In this document: piece by piece, positions 48,897 through 58,519 of the stretch
Layout of the letters: each line of letters starts with the position of its first letter
How positions within the stretch are numbered: position 1 is the first letter of the stretch
Program-made: the position numbers and the translations under genes
Notes under the pieces: generated by a model
Database searches by the model: none
Told to the model about the DNA's origin: nothing
The model's input: the letters and a program-made list of their open reading frames with translations, nothing else
Assembly (NCBI GenBank): GCA_003164895.1
Contig: PLUL01000055.1
Coordinates: 2,989 to 66,988 of the forward strand
Length of the DNA: 64,000 bases
From: Bacteroidota bacterium
GTDB lineage: Bacteria; Bacteroidota; Bacteroidia; Palsa-948
Direction: 5' to 3'

Positions 48897-49733
48897 ATGT
48901 CTGCAACAGCAACTATTTCAGCATCCGAAGTAAATCGTCTGCGCCAGATTACCGGAGCAGGAATGATGGATTGTAAAAAAGCGCTTACCGAAGGCGGTGG
49001 AGATTTTGATAAAGCCATTGAAATTCTCCGCAAGAAAGGACAAAAAGTTGCGGCAAGCCGTGCAGAACGCGATGCGAAAGAAGGAATTGTTCTTGCAAAA
49101 ACTTCTGCAGATGGTACAAAAGGAATTTTACTCGCTGTTAACAGCGAAACAGATTTTGTTGCACGCAATGAAGAATTTGCATTATTTGCTGAAACTCTTG
49201 CGAACATTGCTCTTGATAAATTTCCTGCGAACATAGATTCTTTGAAAGCTCTTAATTATTCCGGCTCTCTTTCTATCAAAGATAAACTTACCGAACTGAT
49301 TGGAAAAATAGGAGAGAAGCTTGAAATTTCCAGATATGAAATCCTCAATACCGGAAAAGTTGTTGCATACAATCATCCTGGAAATAAACTCGCAACTATT
49401 GTAGGATATTCAAAAAATATAAATGATGAAGCAGGGAGAAATATTGCGATGCAAGTTGCAGCAATGTCTCCGGTTTCTCTCGATAAAAGCGATGTTCCGC
49501 AGAATATTATTGACAGCGAACTGGAAGTTGGTCGCGAACTTGCACGCAAGGAAAATAAACCTGAAAATATGATCGAAAAAATTGCTCAGGGAAAACTCAA
49601 TAAATTTTATTCTGAATCCACTCTCCTCAATCAGGAATATATCCGTGATGGGAAGAAAACAGTGAGCCAATACCTTGCCGAAGTTGACAAAGACGCAAAG
49701 ATTACCGGTTTTAAAAGAATTGCATTAGGATAA
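48897..49733 (+). CDS. tsf: Translation elongation factor Ts.
   Basis: ISASEVNRLRQITGAGMMDCKKALTEGGGDFDKAIEILRKKG UBA-like N-terminus, then the dimerisation core. Immediately follows rpsB, as in the conserved rpsB-tsf operon. Confidence 0.95.
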   Translation: MSATATISASEVNRLRQITGAGMMDCKKALTEGGGDFDKAIEILRKKGQKVAASRAERDAKEGIVLAKTSADGTKGILLAVNSETDFVARNEEFALFAETLANIALDKFPANIDSLKALNYSGSLSIKDKLTELIGKIGEKLEISRYEILNTGKVVAYNHPGNKLATIVGYSKNINDEAGRNIAMQVAAMSPVSLDKSDVPQNIIDSELEVGRELARKENKPENMIEKIAQGKLNKFYSESTLLNQEYIRDGKKTVSQYLAEVDKDAKITGFKRIALG

Positions 49734-49755
49734 TTTTTAAAAGAAATATTTTTAA

Positions 49756-49786
49756 AATCCCATCTGAATAAGGTGGGATTTTTTAT
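49756..49786 (+). terminator. Rho-independent terminator after tsf.
   Basis: Stem AATCCCA (49756-49762) pairs with TGGGATT (49774-49780) around an 11-nt loop, followed by TTTTTATTT. Confidence 0.6.
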
Positions 49787-49817
49787 TTCCTTACTTTCGT
49801 AAGAATTAGTTTTCACA

Positions 49818-51497
49818 ATGACAAGAAAAAAACTTTATTTTCTTTCTCTTCTCAGCGGAATTATTTTTGCTCTCTCCTGGCCTCCTTACGGTTTTCCATT
49901 TTTACTTTTTATTGCTTTTGTTCCGCTTCTGCAAATTGAAAACGCTTTCTCTTCAGGACAAACAACTGCGAGGCGCACGCTTTTATTCGGGCTTTCTTAC
50001 TTGACTTTTTTTATCTGGAATTTAGCAGCCATCTGGTGGGTTTACAATGCTTCTTTAGGCGGAGCCATCCTGGCAGTACTCGGCAATGCATTTATTATGT
50101 CTGCTGTGTTTTGGATATTTCATCTCACAAAAAAACGACTGTTAATTGCCAACTGGCGACTGCCAACTGCCAACTTTGTATTTATTATTTTTTGGCTCTC
50201 CTTTGAATTTTGCCATTACCGTTGGGATTTAAACTGGCCTTGGCTCACACTCGGAAATGCTTTTGCATCATTTCATACTTGCGTTCAGTGGTATGAATTT
50301 ACAGGAACTTTAGGGGGAAGTTTATGGGTACTTATTGTGAATTTAATGGTATTTTCTCTTTTGAAAAATGGCAAATGGCAAATGGCAGATGGCAGACGGA
50401 AACTGATGGCAATCGGTTTGATAATTATTATTCCGATAATTATTTCCGGTATAATTTATTATTCATACAACGAAAAATTAAATCCCGTGAATGTTGTTGT
50501 TGTTCAGCCGAACATTGACCCTTACAGTGAAAAATTCAGCGGAATGAATTTTGAAGAGCAGTTGAATAAAATGCTTGACCTTGCCAAACAAAAAGTTGAT
50601 TCATCTACCGATTATGTTGTCTTTCCCGAAACGGCTCTTACGGAAGATATCTGGGAAAACGACTTGGAACAAACTGCGAGCATTAAAAAACTCAGGGTGT
50701 TTTTACAACCATTTCCAAAACTGAAAATCATTACGGGCGCGTCCACATTTCGTCTATATAAAGAGGGAGAAAAACTTTCTGTTACCGCGCGAAGATTCAA
50801 TCAACAGGATGGGTATTACGACGCATACAATACCGCTTTGCAAATTGACAATTCAAATAAAATCCAAGTATATCACAAATCAAAATTAGTTGCAGGTGTT
50901 GAGCACATGCCATATCCTGCCGTGTTCGGGTTTTTAGACAAGTTTGCGATTGACCTCGGAGGAACATCTGGCAGTTTGGGAACGCAGGAGGAGCGAACGG
51001 TATTCAAAGACCAAAACCAGAGTAAGGATTTTGGAATAAGGAATAAGGATTCCAACATCCTTAATCTAACATCTAATATCCAGAATGTTGTTGCCCCCGT
51101 CATTTGCTACGAATCTGTCTTCGGAGAATTTATCACCGAATATATTCGAAACGGAGCCGCGCTTATTTTCATTATCACCAACGATGGTTGGTGGAGAGAT
51201 ACGCCGGGGTACAAACAACATCTTCTCTATGGAAGATTGCGCGCAATTGAAACACGAAGAAGCATCGCGCGTTCGGGCAACACAGGAACTTCATGTTTCA
51301 TTAATGAGCGAGGAGATATTCTTCAACCAACCGAATGGTGGAAGCCGGGTGTAATTAAAGCGAGCATCAACAGAAATTCAGAAAAAACTTTTTATGTGCA
51401 GGTGGGAGATATTATAGGAAGAATTTGTTTTTATGCTTCGGGAGTTATTTTCTTATTTGTAATTATTTTAAGATTTCTCCCGAAGAAAAATCAATAG
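49818..51497 (+). CDS. lnt: Apolipoprotein N-acyltransferase.
   Basis: N-terminal multi-TM domain plus a C-terminal carbon-nitrogen hydrolase domain with the catalytic-Cys region ICYESVFGEF. 559 aa. Contains three heptanucleotide arrays. Confidence 0.82.
   Translation: MTRKKLYFLSLLSGIIFALSWPPYGFPFLLFIAFVPLLQIENAFSSGQTTARRTLLFGLSYLTFFIWNLAAIWWVYNASLGGAILAVLGNAFIMSAVFWIFHLTKKRLLIANWRLPTANFVFIIFWLSFEFCHYRWDLNWPWLTLGNAFASFHTCVQWYEFTGTLGGSLWVLIVNLMVFSLLKNGKWQMADGRRKLMAIGLIIIIPIIISGIIYYSYNEKLNPVNVVVVQPNIDPYSEKFSGMNFEEQLNKMLDLAKQKVDSSTDYVVFPETALTEDIWENDLEQTASIKKLRVFLQPFPKLKIITGASTFRLYKEGEKLSVTARRFNQQDGYYDAYNTALQIDNSNKIQVYHKSKLVAGVEHMPYPAVFGFLDKFAIDLGGTSGSLGTQEERTVFKDQNQSKDFGIRNKDSNILNLTSNIQNVVAPVICYESVFGEFITEYIRNGAALIFIITNDGWWRDTPGYKQHLLYGRLRAIETRRSIARSGNTGTSCFINERGDILQPTEWWKPGVIKASINRNSEKTFYVQVGDIIGRICFYASGVIFLFVIILRFLPKKNQ
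50147..50174. repeat. Tandem heptamers TGCCAAC-TGGCGAC-TGCCAAC-TGCCAAC within lnt (encoding ANWRLPTAN).
   Basis: Direct reading of the sequence. Near-identical to the array in the porV signal region (GCCGACTGCCAACT), in the same sense orientation. Confidence 0.85.
50367..50394. repeat. Tandem heptamers AATGGCA-AATGGCA-AATGGCA-GATGGCA within lnt (encoding GKWQMADGR).
   Basis: Direct reading of the sequence. Confidence 0.85.
51033..51081. repeat. Tandem heptamers GGAATAA-GGAATAA-GGATTCC-AACATCC-TTAATCT-AACATCT-AATATCC within lnt (encoding GIRNKDSNILNLTSNIQ).
   Basis: Direct reading of the sequence. The AACATCC units are the sense-strand equivalent of the GATGTTG arrays in the amidohydrolase gene, and both give LTSNIQ-type peptides. 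Confidence 0.8.
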
Positions 51498-51500
51498 TAA

Positions 51501-52490
51501 CTACGAAAGTTTATCCGTAAGCAATCGCATTTCAATCGTTGGAGAAATTTTTTCGTAGAGAATATGATAAACCGCATTTGTAATTGGCATTTCCACTTTT
51601 AATTCTTTGTTGATTTCATAAATACATTTTACTCCGTAATATCCTTCTGCAACCATATTCATTTCCATCTGCGCAGATTTCACAGAATATCCTTTGCCAA
51701 TCATTCCGCCAAAAGTTCTATTTCGGCTAAACTGAGAATAAGCCGTTACGAGCAAATCACCGAGATAAGCAGAATCTTTTATGTCGCGTGTAATAGGGTG
51801 CACCACATCCACAAATCGTTTTATTTCCTGAATTCCGTTTGAGATAAGCACGGAAAGAAAATTATCTCCATAGCCGAGTCCATGACAAATTCCGGCAGCA
51901 ATAGCCAAAACATTTTTCAGCACAGAAGAATATTCTGTACCGTAAATATCATCGCTGGTGGAGGTTTTGATATAACGGCAAGCCAACTTAGATGCAACAA
52001 AATTTGCACTCTCAGGATTTTGTGATGCGATAGTGAGGTAGGAAAGTTTTTCCATTGCCACTTCTTCCGCATGGCAGGGGCCGGTAATAACGCCAACATT
52101 TTTTATCGGCACTTCGTAAATCTGGTTGAAGAATTCCGCGATAATGAGATTGTGCTCGGGCACAATGCCTTTGATGGCTGAAAATATTTTTTTATTTTTC
52201 AGATCTTCTTTGGTGATTCCGGCAAGCGATTCTTTCAGAAATGCAGAAGGAATTGCCATGATGAGTACATCAGAAGCTGAAATTATTTCTTTCAAATCAG
52301 AACTTACATTTATTTTTTTCAGTTCAAATTCAACGGAAGAAATGTAATTCGGATTGTGATGATATTTGAGAATGTAGTCAGCGGTTTCTTTGCTGCGCAC
52401 CCACCAATTCACATTTTCCATATTGTTGCAAAGCATTTTTACCAGAGCGGTTGCCCAGCTTCCTCCTCCTATGACTGCGATATTTTTCAT
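51501..52490 (-). CDS. gpsA: NAD(P)H-dependent glycerol-3-phosphate dehydrogenase.
   Basis: MKNIAVIGGGSWATALVKML Rossmann N-terminus and the GpsA C-terminal domain. 329 aa. Confidence 0.9.
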   Translation of the reverse strand: MKNIAVIGGGSWATALVKMLCNNMENVNWWVRSKETADYILKYHHNPNYISSVEFELKKINVSSDLKEIISASDVLIMAIPSAFLKESLAGITKEDLKNKKIFSAIKGIVPEHNLIIAEFFNQIYEVPIKNVGVITGPCHAEEVAMEKLSYLTIASQNPESANFVASKLACRYIKTSTSDDIYGTEYSSVLKNVLAIAAGICHGLGYGDNFLSVLISNGIQEIKRFVDVVHPITRDIKDSAYLGDLLVTAYSQFSRNRTFGGMIGKGYSVKSAQMEMNMVAEGYYGVKCIYEINKELKVEMPITNAVYHILYEKISPTIEMRLLTDKLS

Positions 52491-52502
52491 ATTAACTTAT
52501 AT

Positions 52503-53378
52503 TTAAAACACCATATACTCCTGTGGGTCAATTGCATTTCCATTGTACCAAAGTTCAAAATGCAGGTGAGGTCCGCTTGTTTGTTCACCAGAGTTTCCAA
52601 TAACGGCAATGGCTTCGCCAGCTTTCACAAACTGTCCGGCTTTTTTCAACAGTACCGAGCAATGTTTGTATGCCGATACCAGATTATTTGAATGTTGTAT
52701 TTCAATTGTGTATCCTGTTTCTTGCGCCCATCCTGCAAAAAGCACCGTGCCGTCAAGCGTGGCTTTGATAGGTTCGTTTTCTTTTGCCGCAATGTCAACG
52801 CCAAAGTGTTCTTGCGATGTGCTGAACGAAGCGGTAACCATTCCTTTCACAGGCGTGAAAAAGAAAAAATTACTGATGCTTTCTTTTCCTGTTTTCCTTT
52901 CGGAAAAAGCCAGGGAATATTTATCCTGTGATTCTACCTGCGTGCGAAAAGCGGAATCTTCTTTGGATGGCTTGATGTCAGCATTTTGAGGAACAGAGGC
53001 AGTTTTTGTTTTTCCTTTCTGAGAAAGAGAATCACCGCTTGCGTTTCCGCTGATAATGTTTTTAATGTTTTCCATTGCAGAGGCGCGCATAGAAAGTTCA
53101 TGCTGAAGAGAATCAAGTTTAAGGGTAAGATTGATGAGGTCTTTTCGTGTATTCACTTCTAAACCGTAACCGGGAATGTATTCGCGCAAAGGAGTGAAGG
53201 CAACCAGACTTACGGTTAGGGCGATCATAATGATGGAAATTAATCCAGCCACGACAAAAATATTCAGAGGAGTAAGTTTTAAAGAAAATTTTTCTTCAAA
53301 GGTGTCATCATTCATCACAACAAGCCGGTACCTGTTGCGAATTCTTGCCCAAAAAGTTGGTTTTTTATTTTCTTCCAT
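52503..53378 (-). CDS. M23-family metallopeptidase (murein endopeptidase with an N-terminal TM segment and coiled coil).
   Basis: C-terminal HxxxD...HLHFE motif: GYTIEIQHSNN...IGNSGEQTSGPHLHFELWYNGNAIDP. I chose the ATG at 53378 (MEENKK). Confidence 0.8.
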   Translation of the reverse strand: MEENKKPTFWARIRNRYRLVVMNDDTFEEKFSLKLTPLNIFVVAGLISIIMIALTVSLVAFTPLREYIPGYGLEVNTRKDLINLTLKLDSLQHELSMRASAMENIKNIISGNASGDSLSQKGKTKTASVPQNADIKPSKEDSAFRTQVESQDKYSLAFSERKTGKESISNFFFFTPVKGMVTASFSTSQEHFGVDIAAKENEPIKATLDGTVLFAGWAQETGYTIEIQHSNNLVSAYKHCSVLLKKAGQFVKAGEAIAVIGNSGEQTSGPHLHFELWYNGNAIDPQEYMVF

Positions 53379-53451
53379 TGATGCACAAAGATAGAAAAAG
53401 CACCGCCTCAACCCTTGATTGAATCAGATAGAGAAATTGTTGAAATTGTTT

Positions 53452-53493
53452 TTCCTAAAATAAAAATGACGAACCAATTTCTCGATTCGTCAT
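53452..53493 (-). terminator. Rho-independent terminator after the small secreted-protein gene.
   Basis: Stem ATGACGAA (53466-53473) pairs with TTCGTCAT (53486-53493) around a 12-nt loop. On the minus strand it is followed by TTTTATTTTAGG. Confidence 0.55.
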
Positions 53494-53514
53494 TTTCAAA
53501 AATTAATTTTTTCT

Positions 53515-53955
53515 CTACTGCTTGAATCCAACAAGAATAGAAACACATCCGCTGGGAACAAGCCCCGAAGGTGCGTCCACATCCGGAACCATTACTTCAA
53601 TCGTTAATTGTTGTGTGGATTCAACAGTAAAATCCCAAAAATCAGATTTTTGATCTTTACTGCTGAAAATTTGTGTCTTGCTCGCATCACGCATTACAAA
53701 ATAAACATTGCCAAGGGTTTCCTGACCAGTAACAAGTATGCGGTAATTTTGTCCGGAATAAAATGTCAAAGTAAGTTCAGCATGGTCTCCAGAAAGAAGA
53801 ACCGAACTGTTGATTTGCCCGTTGTGAATGAATGGTGAAAGTTTTGGAATTTGTTTTTTTACAAACCCTTTGCACTGCGAAAAGGAATTAACCGAGGTTA
53901 GCAGTGCAAGAGCACCAATCAAAATAATTTTTGCAGGATTTAAAAAGTTTTTCAT
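53515..53955 (-). CDS. Hypothetical small secreted protein.
   Basis: Signal peptide MKNFLNPAKIILIGALALLTSVNSFSQ. 146 aa. No recognised domain. Confidence 0.4.
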   Translation of the reverse strand: MKNFLNPAKIILIGALALLTSVNSFSQCKGFVKKQIPKLSPFIHNGQINSSVLLSGDHAELTLTFYSGQNYRILVTGQETLGNVYFVMRDASKTQIFSSKDQKSDFWDFTVESTQQLTIEVMVPDVDAPSGLVPSGCVSILVGFKQ

Positions 53956-53963
53956 GACGAATA

Positions 53964-54899
53964 TTAGTTTTGACCGCTGATGATTTTGTTTCTGATTTCC
54001 GCTGATTTTTCAGTAAGTTTTGTTACCAATTCAGGAGTAACTGTATAGGTAATTTTTCCGCCGATTGTAGTAACTTTTGTAGTAGGATTTGTTTTTACAT
54101 CTGAAGGTGATGTAGATGCAGAAGAAACTTTTACCTGATCATAAATTACTTTCAACGATTTAATATCGGCAAGAACGCCTGCAACAGCTGCATCTTTTTC
54201 ATAAGCGGTTAGTAATCCAACCACGTTATCAAGCGTTCCTTTTTGTTCTGCAATTCGGTTGATAATATCTCCTCCATTCTTGCTTGTTTTTGCAAGTTGT
54301 GTTCCAAGATAAAGCGCTTCGATAAAACCGCCAGTAACAACAAGTGCAGAAGCTCCTTCACGCTGGCTTTCTTTCAACAATTCATCCGTTGACATATATG
54401 AATCAGAAATAATATTGAGAAGAGAATCTTTCTTGGCAGTATTTGCTTGAATGCGATCTACTGTTTTTTCATCAAACGCGCTGCCTACTCCAAGTGCTTC
54501 GGCAAGTGTGCGAGTGCATCCAAGATAAAGAATGGATTCTTGGGTGTTGTCATCAAATACGCTGGTATAACTTAGGTCAGCACCATACACACCAAGATTC
54601 AATGCCTTGCTGGTGTTGGTCATATATTTCGATTTATTCTCTATGGGATTCAGCAAATCCTTATTGTATTTTGCGCCTGCTTTTTTAATAAGTTCAGCAA
54701 GTTCTATAGGAGAAGGAATTGAATAAAAAATATTCTGAGCTTTACTTGTGGTTTTAGTCATTCCACCTGATTTACCCATGGAAGTAGTATCGGTTCCTTC
54801 TGTTTCAGCATTTTCTTTATTTGAGCCGCAGCTGTAAAAAAAAGGCGAAAGAAAAAAAACTGCAATACCTGAAACGAATAATTTTTGCAACGAGTTCAT
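53964..54899 (-). CDS. Hypothetical lipoprotein.
   Basis: Lipobox-like LSPFFYSCGSNKEN and a Thr/Ser-rich linker. 311 aa. No recognised domain. Confidence 0.45.
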   Translation of the reverse strand: MNSLQKLFVSGIAVFFLSPFFYSCGSNKENAETEGTDTTSMGKSGGMTKTTSKAQNIFYSIPSPIELAELIKKAGAKYNKDLLNPIENKSKYMTNTSKALNLGVYGADLSYTSVFDDNTQESILYLGCTRTLAEALGVGSAFDEKTVDRIQANTAKKDSLLNIISDSYMSTDELLKESQREGASALVVTGGFIEALYLGTQLAKTSKNGGDIINRIAEQKGTLDNVVGLLTAYEKDAAVAGVLADIKSLKVIYDQVKVSSASTSPSDVKTNPTTKVTTIGGKITYTVTPELVTKLTEKSAEIRNKIISGQN

Positions 54900-55014
54900 G
54901 ATGATTTAATTAGTTAAATGGAATTGTTTTATTAGTGGTTGCCAAAGATAGAAAAATATTTAATCAGAGAAGTATGATTGTCAACCTTTTGCAACTCACC
55001 TTTTTATGTCTTTT

Positions 55015-57804
55015 TTAGTGCGCAACCAACCAGTTAACACCCGTTCCCATTTCCACTTCAATCGGAACAATAAGTTTAATGGCGTGCTTCATGTTTTCTT
55101 CGATGACAGGTTTTACCTCTTCCACTTCTTCTTTGAAAACATCAAACACCAATTCATCATGCACCTGCAAAATCATTCTTGAACGGAAATTTTTCTTTTT
55201 GAATTCTTTCTGAATATTTATCATAGCAATTTTAATCATATCGGCAGCCGAACCTTGTATGGGCGCATTGATAGCGTTGCGTTCAGCATAACCGCGTACC
55301 ACTGCATTTCCCGAATTGATGTCGCGCAAATACCTTCTTCTTCCCAAAACAGTTTCTACAAAACCTTTTTCTTTTGCAAGATGAATAGTTGAATTCATGT
55401 ATTCTTTCACCTTTGGATACTTTGAAAAATAATTTTCAATAATTTCTTTCGCTTCAGTGCGTGGAATGCTAAGTCGCTGCGCAAGTCCGAAGGCAGAAAT
55501 TCCATAGATGATTCCAAAGTTTACCATCTTGGCATTTCTTCTCATTTCGGAAGTTACATTTCCAATTTCTACTCCGTAAACTTTTGAAGCTGTTGTCGCG
55601 TGAATATCCTGTCCACTGTGAAATGCTTCTATCATTCCTTCGTCACCGCTCAAAGCTGCAATGATGCGAAGCTCAATCTGGGAATAATCTGCTGACAGAA
55701 GAGTGAAGTTTTGGTTTCTCGGAACAAATGCTTTTCTGATTTCTCTTCCTCGCTCTGTTCGGATGGGAATATTCTGAAGGTTTGGATTATCGGAACTTAA
55801 TCTTCCTGTAACAGCCACAACTTGATTATATGTGGTATGAATTCTTCCGGTGCGTGGATTTACAAGTTCAGGCAACGTATCCACATAAGTGTTTTTCAAC
55901 TTTTGCAATTCGCGGTATTCAAGAATTTTGTCAATGACAGGGTGCGTGCCTTTTAATTTTTCCAGAACATCTTCACCTGTTGCGTACTGACCAGTTTTTG
56001 TTTTCTGGGGCTTCTCTACAATTTTCAGCACATCGTATAAAATTTCTCCAACCTGTTTGGGTGATGAAATATTAAACTCTTGTCCGGCGAGGGAATAAAT
56101 TTCTTTTTCAGAAAGCACAATGTCTTTTGCAAGTTCACCGGAAAGTTCTTTCAGCACGGAAGCATCGATCTTCATTCCTTCGGTTTCCATATCAGCAAGA
56201 ACCGGTACGAGCGGAATTTCCACTTCTTCAAAAAGTTTTTGTGTGCTTGTCTCTTTCAGCATCGGCAAGAACTTATCGTAAAGTTGAATGGTCACGTCCG
56301 CATCTTCAGCAGCATATTCTGAAATTTTTTCTATCTCAACGTTTCGCATGCTCAATTGGTTTTTTCCTTTTTTGCCGATGAGCGTTTCAATGGATACCGG
56401 AGAATAATTTAAATATGTTTCAGAAAGCAGATTCATATTGTGGCGCATGTCTGGCTGAATCAAATAATGCGCAATCATCGTGTCAAATAGTTTTCCTTTA
56501 ATCTCAATGTCGTACCATTTCAATACTGACATATCGTATTTGATGTTCTGTCCGATCTTCTCGATGTTTTCATTTTCAAAAACTTCTCTGAACTCAGCGG
56601 CAATTGCGTGAGCGTCATTGTAATTTTCAGGAATCGGAATATAATATGCTTCGTGTTCTTTGAATGAAAACGACATGCCGACCAATTCCACATTGTGCGC
56701 ATCCGTTCCGGTTGTTTCTGTATCGAAGCAAATGGATTTTTGTTTTTCTAAATTTGAAATGAGTTTTTTTCTTTTCTCTTTTGTGTCAATGAGATGATAA
56801 GTATGAGCAACTTCTTTTATTGTTTGTAAAGATTTCGCCGTTTCGCCGTTTCTGGTTGTCTCTGTTTCTTTTTGAATTGGAGAATCGGTGAGCGGGAGAA
56901 CAGGTGTATTTGTGTTGCCAACCGAAAAACCTTCTCCTAAAATTCTTGCTCCTAATGTTCGGAATTCCAATTCTGAAAAAATCTCTGAAAGTTTTTCTTT
57001 ATTGGGTTCGCTCATTATTAAATCTTCTTCGTCAAATTTTACCGGAACATCACAATGAATGGTTGCCAGCCGTTTTGATAGAATTGCCTGGTCGGCAAAG
57101 TTTCTCACGTTCTCCTGTAATTTCCCTTTCAGCTTGTCGGAATTCTCAATCACGCCTTCCACACTTCCAAATTCATTTACCAATTTGATGGCAGTTTTTT
57201 CTCCAACACCCGGCAATCCAGGAATATTATCCACCGCATCGCCCATCAATCCGAGAATATCAATTACCTGTTTCACGTCTTTTATTTCCCAGCGTTGCAA
57301 AACATCTTCTTCGCGAAGTACAGTCCATCCGCTTTTAAAAACAGGTGGACGAAAAATAAAAGTTTTATCTGAAACTAATTGTCCAAAATCTTTATCGGAA
57401 GTAACCATGTAGGTTTCGTATCCGTGCTTCTCTGCTTTTTTTGCCAGTGTTCCGATGATATCATCGGCTTCGTGTCCTTCGCTTTCAAGAACAGGAATTC
57501 CAAACCCACCTAAAATCTTTTTTATGTATGGAATTGAACTAATAATATCTTCGGGTGTTGCCTGGCGGTTTGCTTTGTATTCTGCAAAATAACCTTCTCG
57601 TTCGGTTGGTCCGTGCATATCAAATGCCACCGCAATATGAGTTGGTTTTTCTTTTCGGAGCAGTTCAAGCAGAATGTTTGTGAATCCAAAAATCGCAGAT
57701 GTATTCATTCCTTTTGAAGTAACACGCGGGTTTTTTGCCAATGCATAATACGCGCGATAGATAAGCGCCATCGCATCCAGAAGGAATAATTTTTTTTCAG
57801 CCAC
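55015..57804 (-). CDS. polA: DNA polymerase I.
   Basis: 5'-3' exonuclease N-terminus LFLLDAMALIYRAYYAL, 3'-5' exonuclease and polymerase motifs A/B/C (DYSQIELRI, KMVNFGIIYG, QVHDELVF). 929 aa. Confidence 0.95.
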   Translation of the reverse strand: MAEKKLFLLDAMALIYRAYYALAKNPRVTSKGMNTSAIFGFTNILLELLRKEKPTHIAVAFDMHGPTEREGYFAEYKANRQATPEDIISSIPYIKKILGGFGIPVLESEGHEADDIIGTLAKKAEKHGYETYMVTSDKDFGQLVSDKTFIFRPPVFKSGWTVLREEDVLQRWEIKDVKQVIDILGLMGDAVDNIPGLPGVGEKTAIKLVNEFGSVEGVIENSDKLKGKLQENVRNFADQAILSKRLATIHCDVPVKFDEEDLIMSEPNKEKLSEIFSELEFRTLGARILGEGFSVGNTNTPVLPLTDSPIQKETETTRNGETAKSLQTIKEVAHTYHLIDTKEKRKKLISNLEKQKSICFDTETTGTDAHNVELVGMSFSFKEHEAYYIPIPENYNDAHAIAAEFREVFENENIEKIGQNIKYDMSVLKWYDIEIKGKLFDTMIAHYLIQPDMRHNMNLLSETYLNYSPVSIETLIGKKGKNQLSMRNVEIEKISEYAAEDADVTIQLYDKFLPMLKETSTQKLFEEVEIPLVPVLADMETEGMKIDASVLKELSGELAKDIVLSEKEIYSLAGQEFNISSPKQVGEILYDVLKIVEKPQKTKTGQYATGEDVLEKLKGTHPVIDKILEYRELQKLKNTYVDTLPELVNPRTGRIHTTYNQVVAVTGRLSSDNPNLQNIPIRTERGREIRKAFVPRNQNFTLLSADYSQIELRIIAALSGDEGMIEAFHSGQDIHATTASKVYGVEIGNVTSEMRRNAKMVNFGIIYGISAFGLAQRLSIPRTEAKEIIENYFSKYPKVKEYMNSTIHLAKEKGFVETVLGRRRYLRDINSGNAVVRGYAERNAINAPIQGSAADMIKIAMINIQKEFKKKNFRSRMILQVHDELVFDVFKEEVEEVKPVIEENMKHAIKLIVPIEVEMGTGVNWLVAH

Positions 57805-57807
57805 GGA

Positions 57808-58407
57808 TTATTTTGAAATTATTTTTTGAATGTATTTTCCAAGCACATCAAATTCTATATTTACTGAATCGCCTTTCTTCATTGTGCTGAAATTTGTATG
57901 CTTGAAAGTGTGAGGAATAATTGCAACTGAAAAAATATTTTTATTTACTTCAATAAGAGTCAAACTCACACCGTTAATGCAGATACTTCCTTTATCAATC
58001 AAAAGGTTTTGATTTCCCGATTTTGAATTTTGAATTTCAAATTTGAAAATAAAACTTCCGTTTTGTTTTTGAATGTCGGAACAAGTTGCTGTACAATCCA
58101 CATGTCCTTGAACAAAATGTCCATCCAATCTATCTCCGATTTTTAGCGAGCGTTCAAGATTTACCATGCTTCTTTTTTTTAATAAGCCAAGATTAGATTT
58201 GTCAAGAGTTTCTTTAACCGCAGTAACCAAATAAAGTTTCTTTGCAGAAGAAATTTTTTCTACCGTCAAACAAACACCGTTATGCGCAATGCTTTGTCCA
58301 ATCTTCAATTCTTTTGCAATGGAAGATTCAATCCCGATTTCAAGATTTGCTTTGTCTTTCTTAAGAGAAATTATTTTGCCTGTGGTTTCAATGATTCCTG
58401 TGAACAT
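57808..58407 (-). CDS. ribE: Riboflavin synthase (alpha chain).
   Basis: MFTGIIETTGKI N-terminus and a duplicated lumazine-binding half, SLTV...SLTL. 199 aa. Ends 3 bp before polA. Confidence 0.88.
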   Translation of the reverse strand: MFTGIIETTGKIISLKKDKANLEIGIESSIAKELKIGQSIAHNGVCLTVEKISSAKKLYLVTAVKETLDKSNLGLLKKRSMVNLERSLKIGDRLDGHFVQGHVDCTATCSDIQKQNGSFIFKFEIQNSKSGNQNLLIDKGSICINGVSLTLIEVNKNIFSVAIIPHTFKHTNFSTMKKGDSVNIEFDVLGKYIQKIISK

Positions 58408-58427
58408 AAATCAGCTAAAACAATTTT

Positions 58428-58460
58428 GTACGAATGTACGAATTAGGAATTATTACGAAT
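58428..58460. repeat. Intergenic tandem heptamers GTACGAAT-GTACGAAT-TAGGAAT-TATTACGAAT upstream of ribE.
   Basis: Direct reading of the sequence. Same unit (TACGAAT / ATTCGTA) as the array at 34876-34896. Confidence 0.75.
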
Positions 58461-58519
58461 TGGAAAAATTGAGAAAAAGGAATTTTACTTGCAACTTCGA
58501 TAGAACTTGTGCTTCGCTA

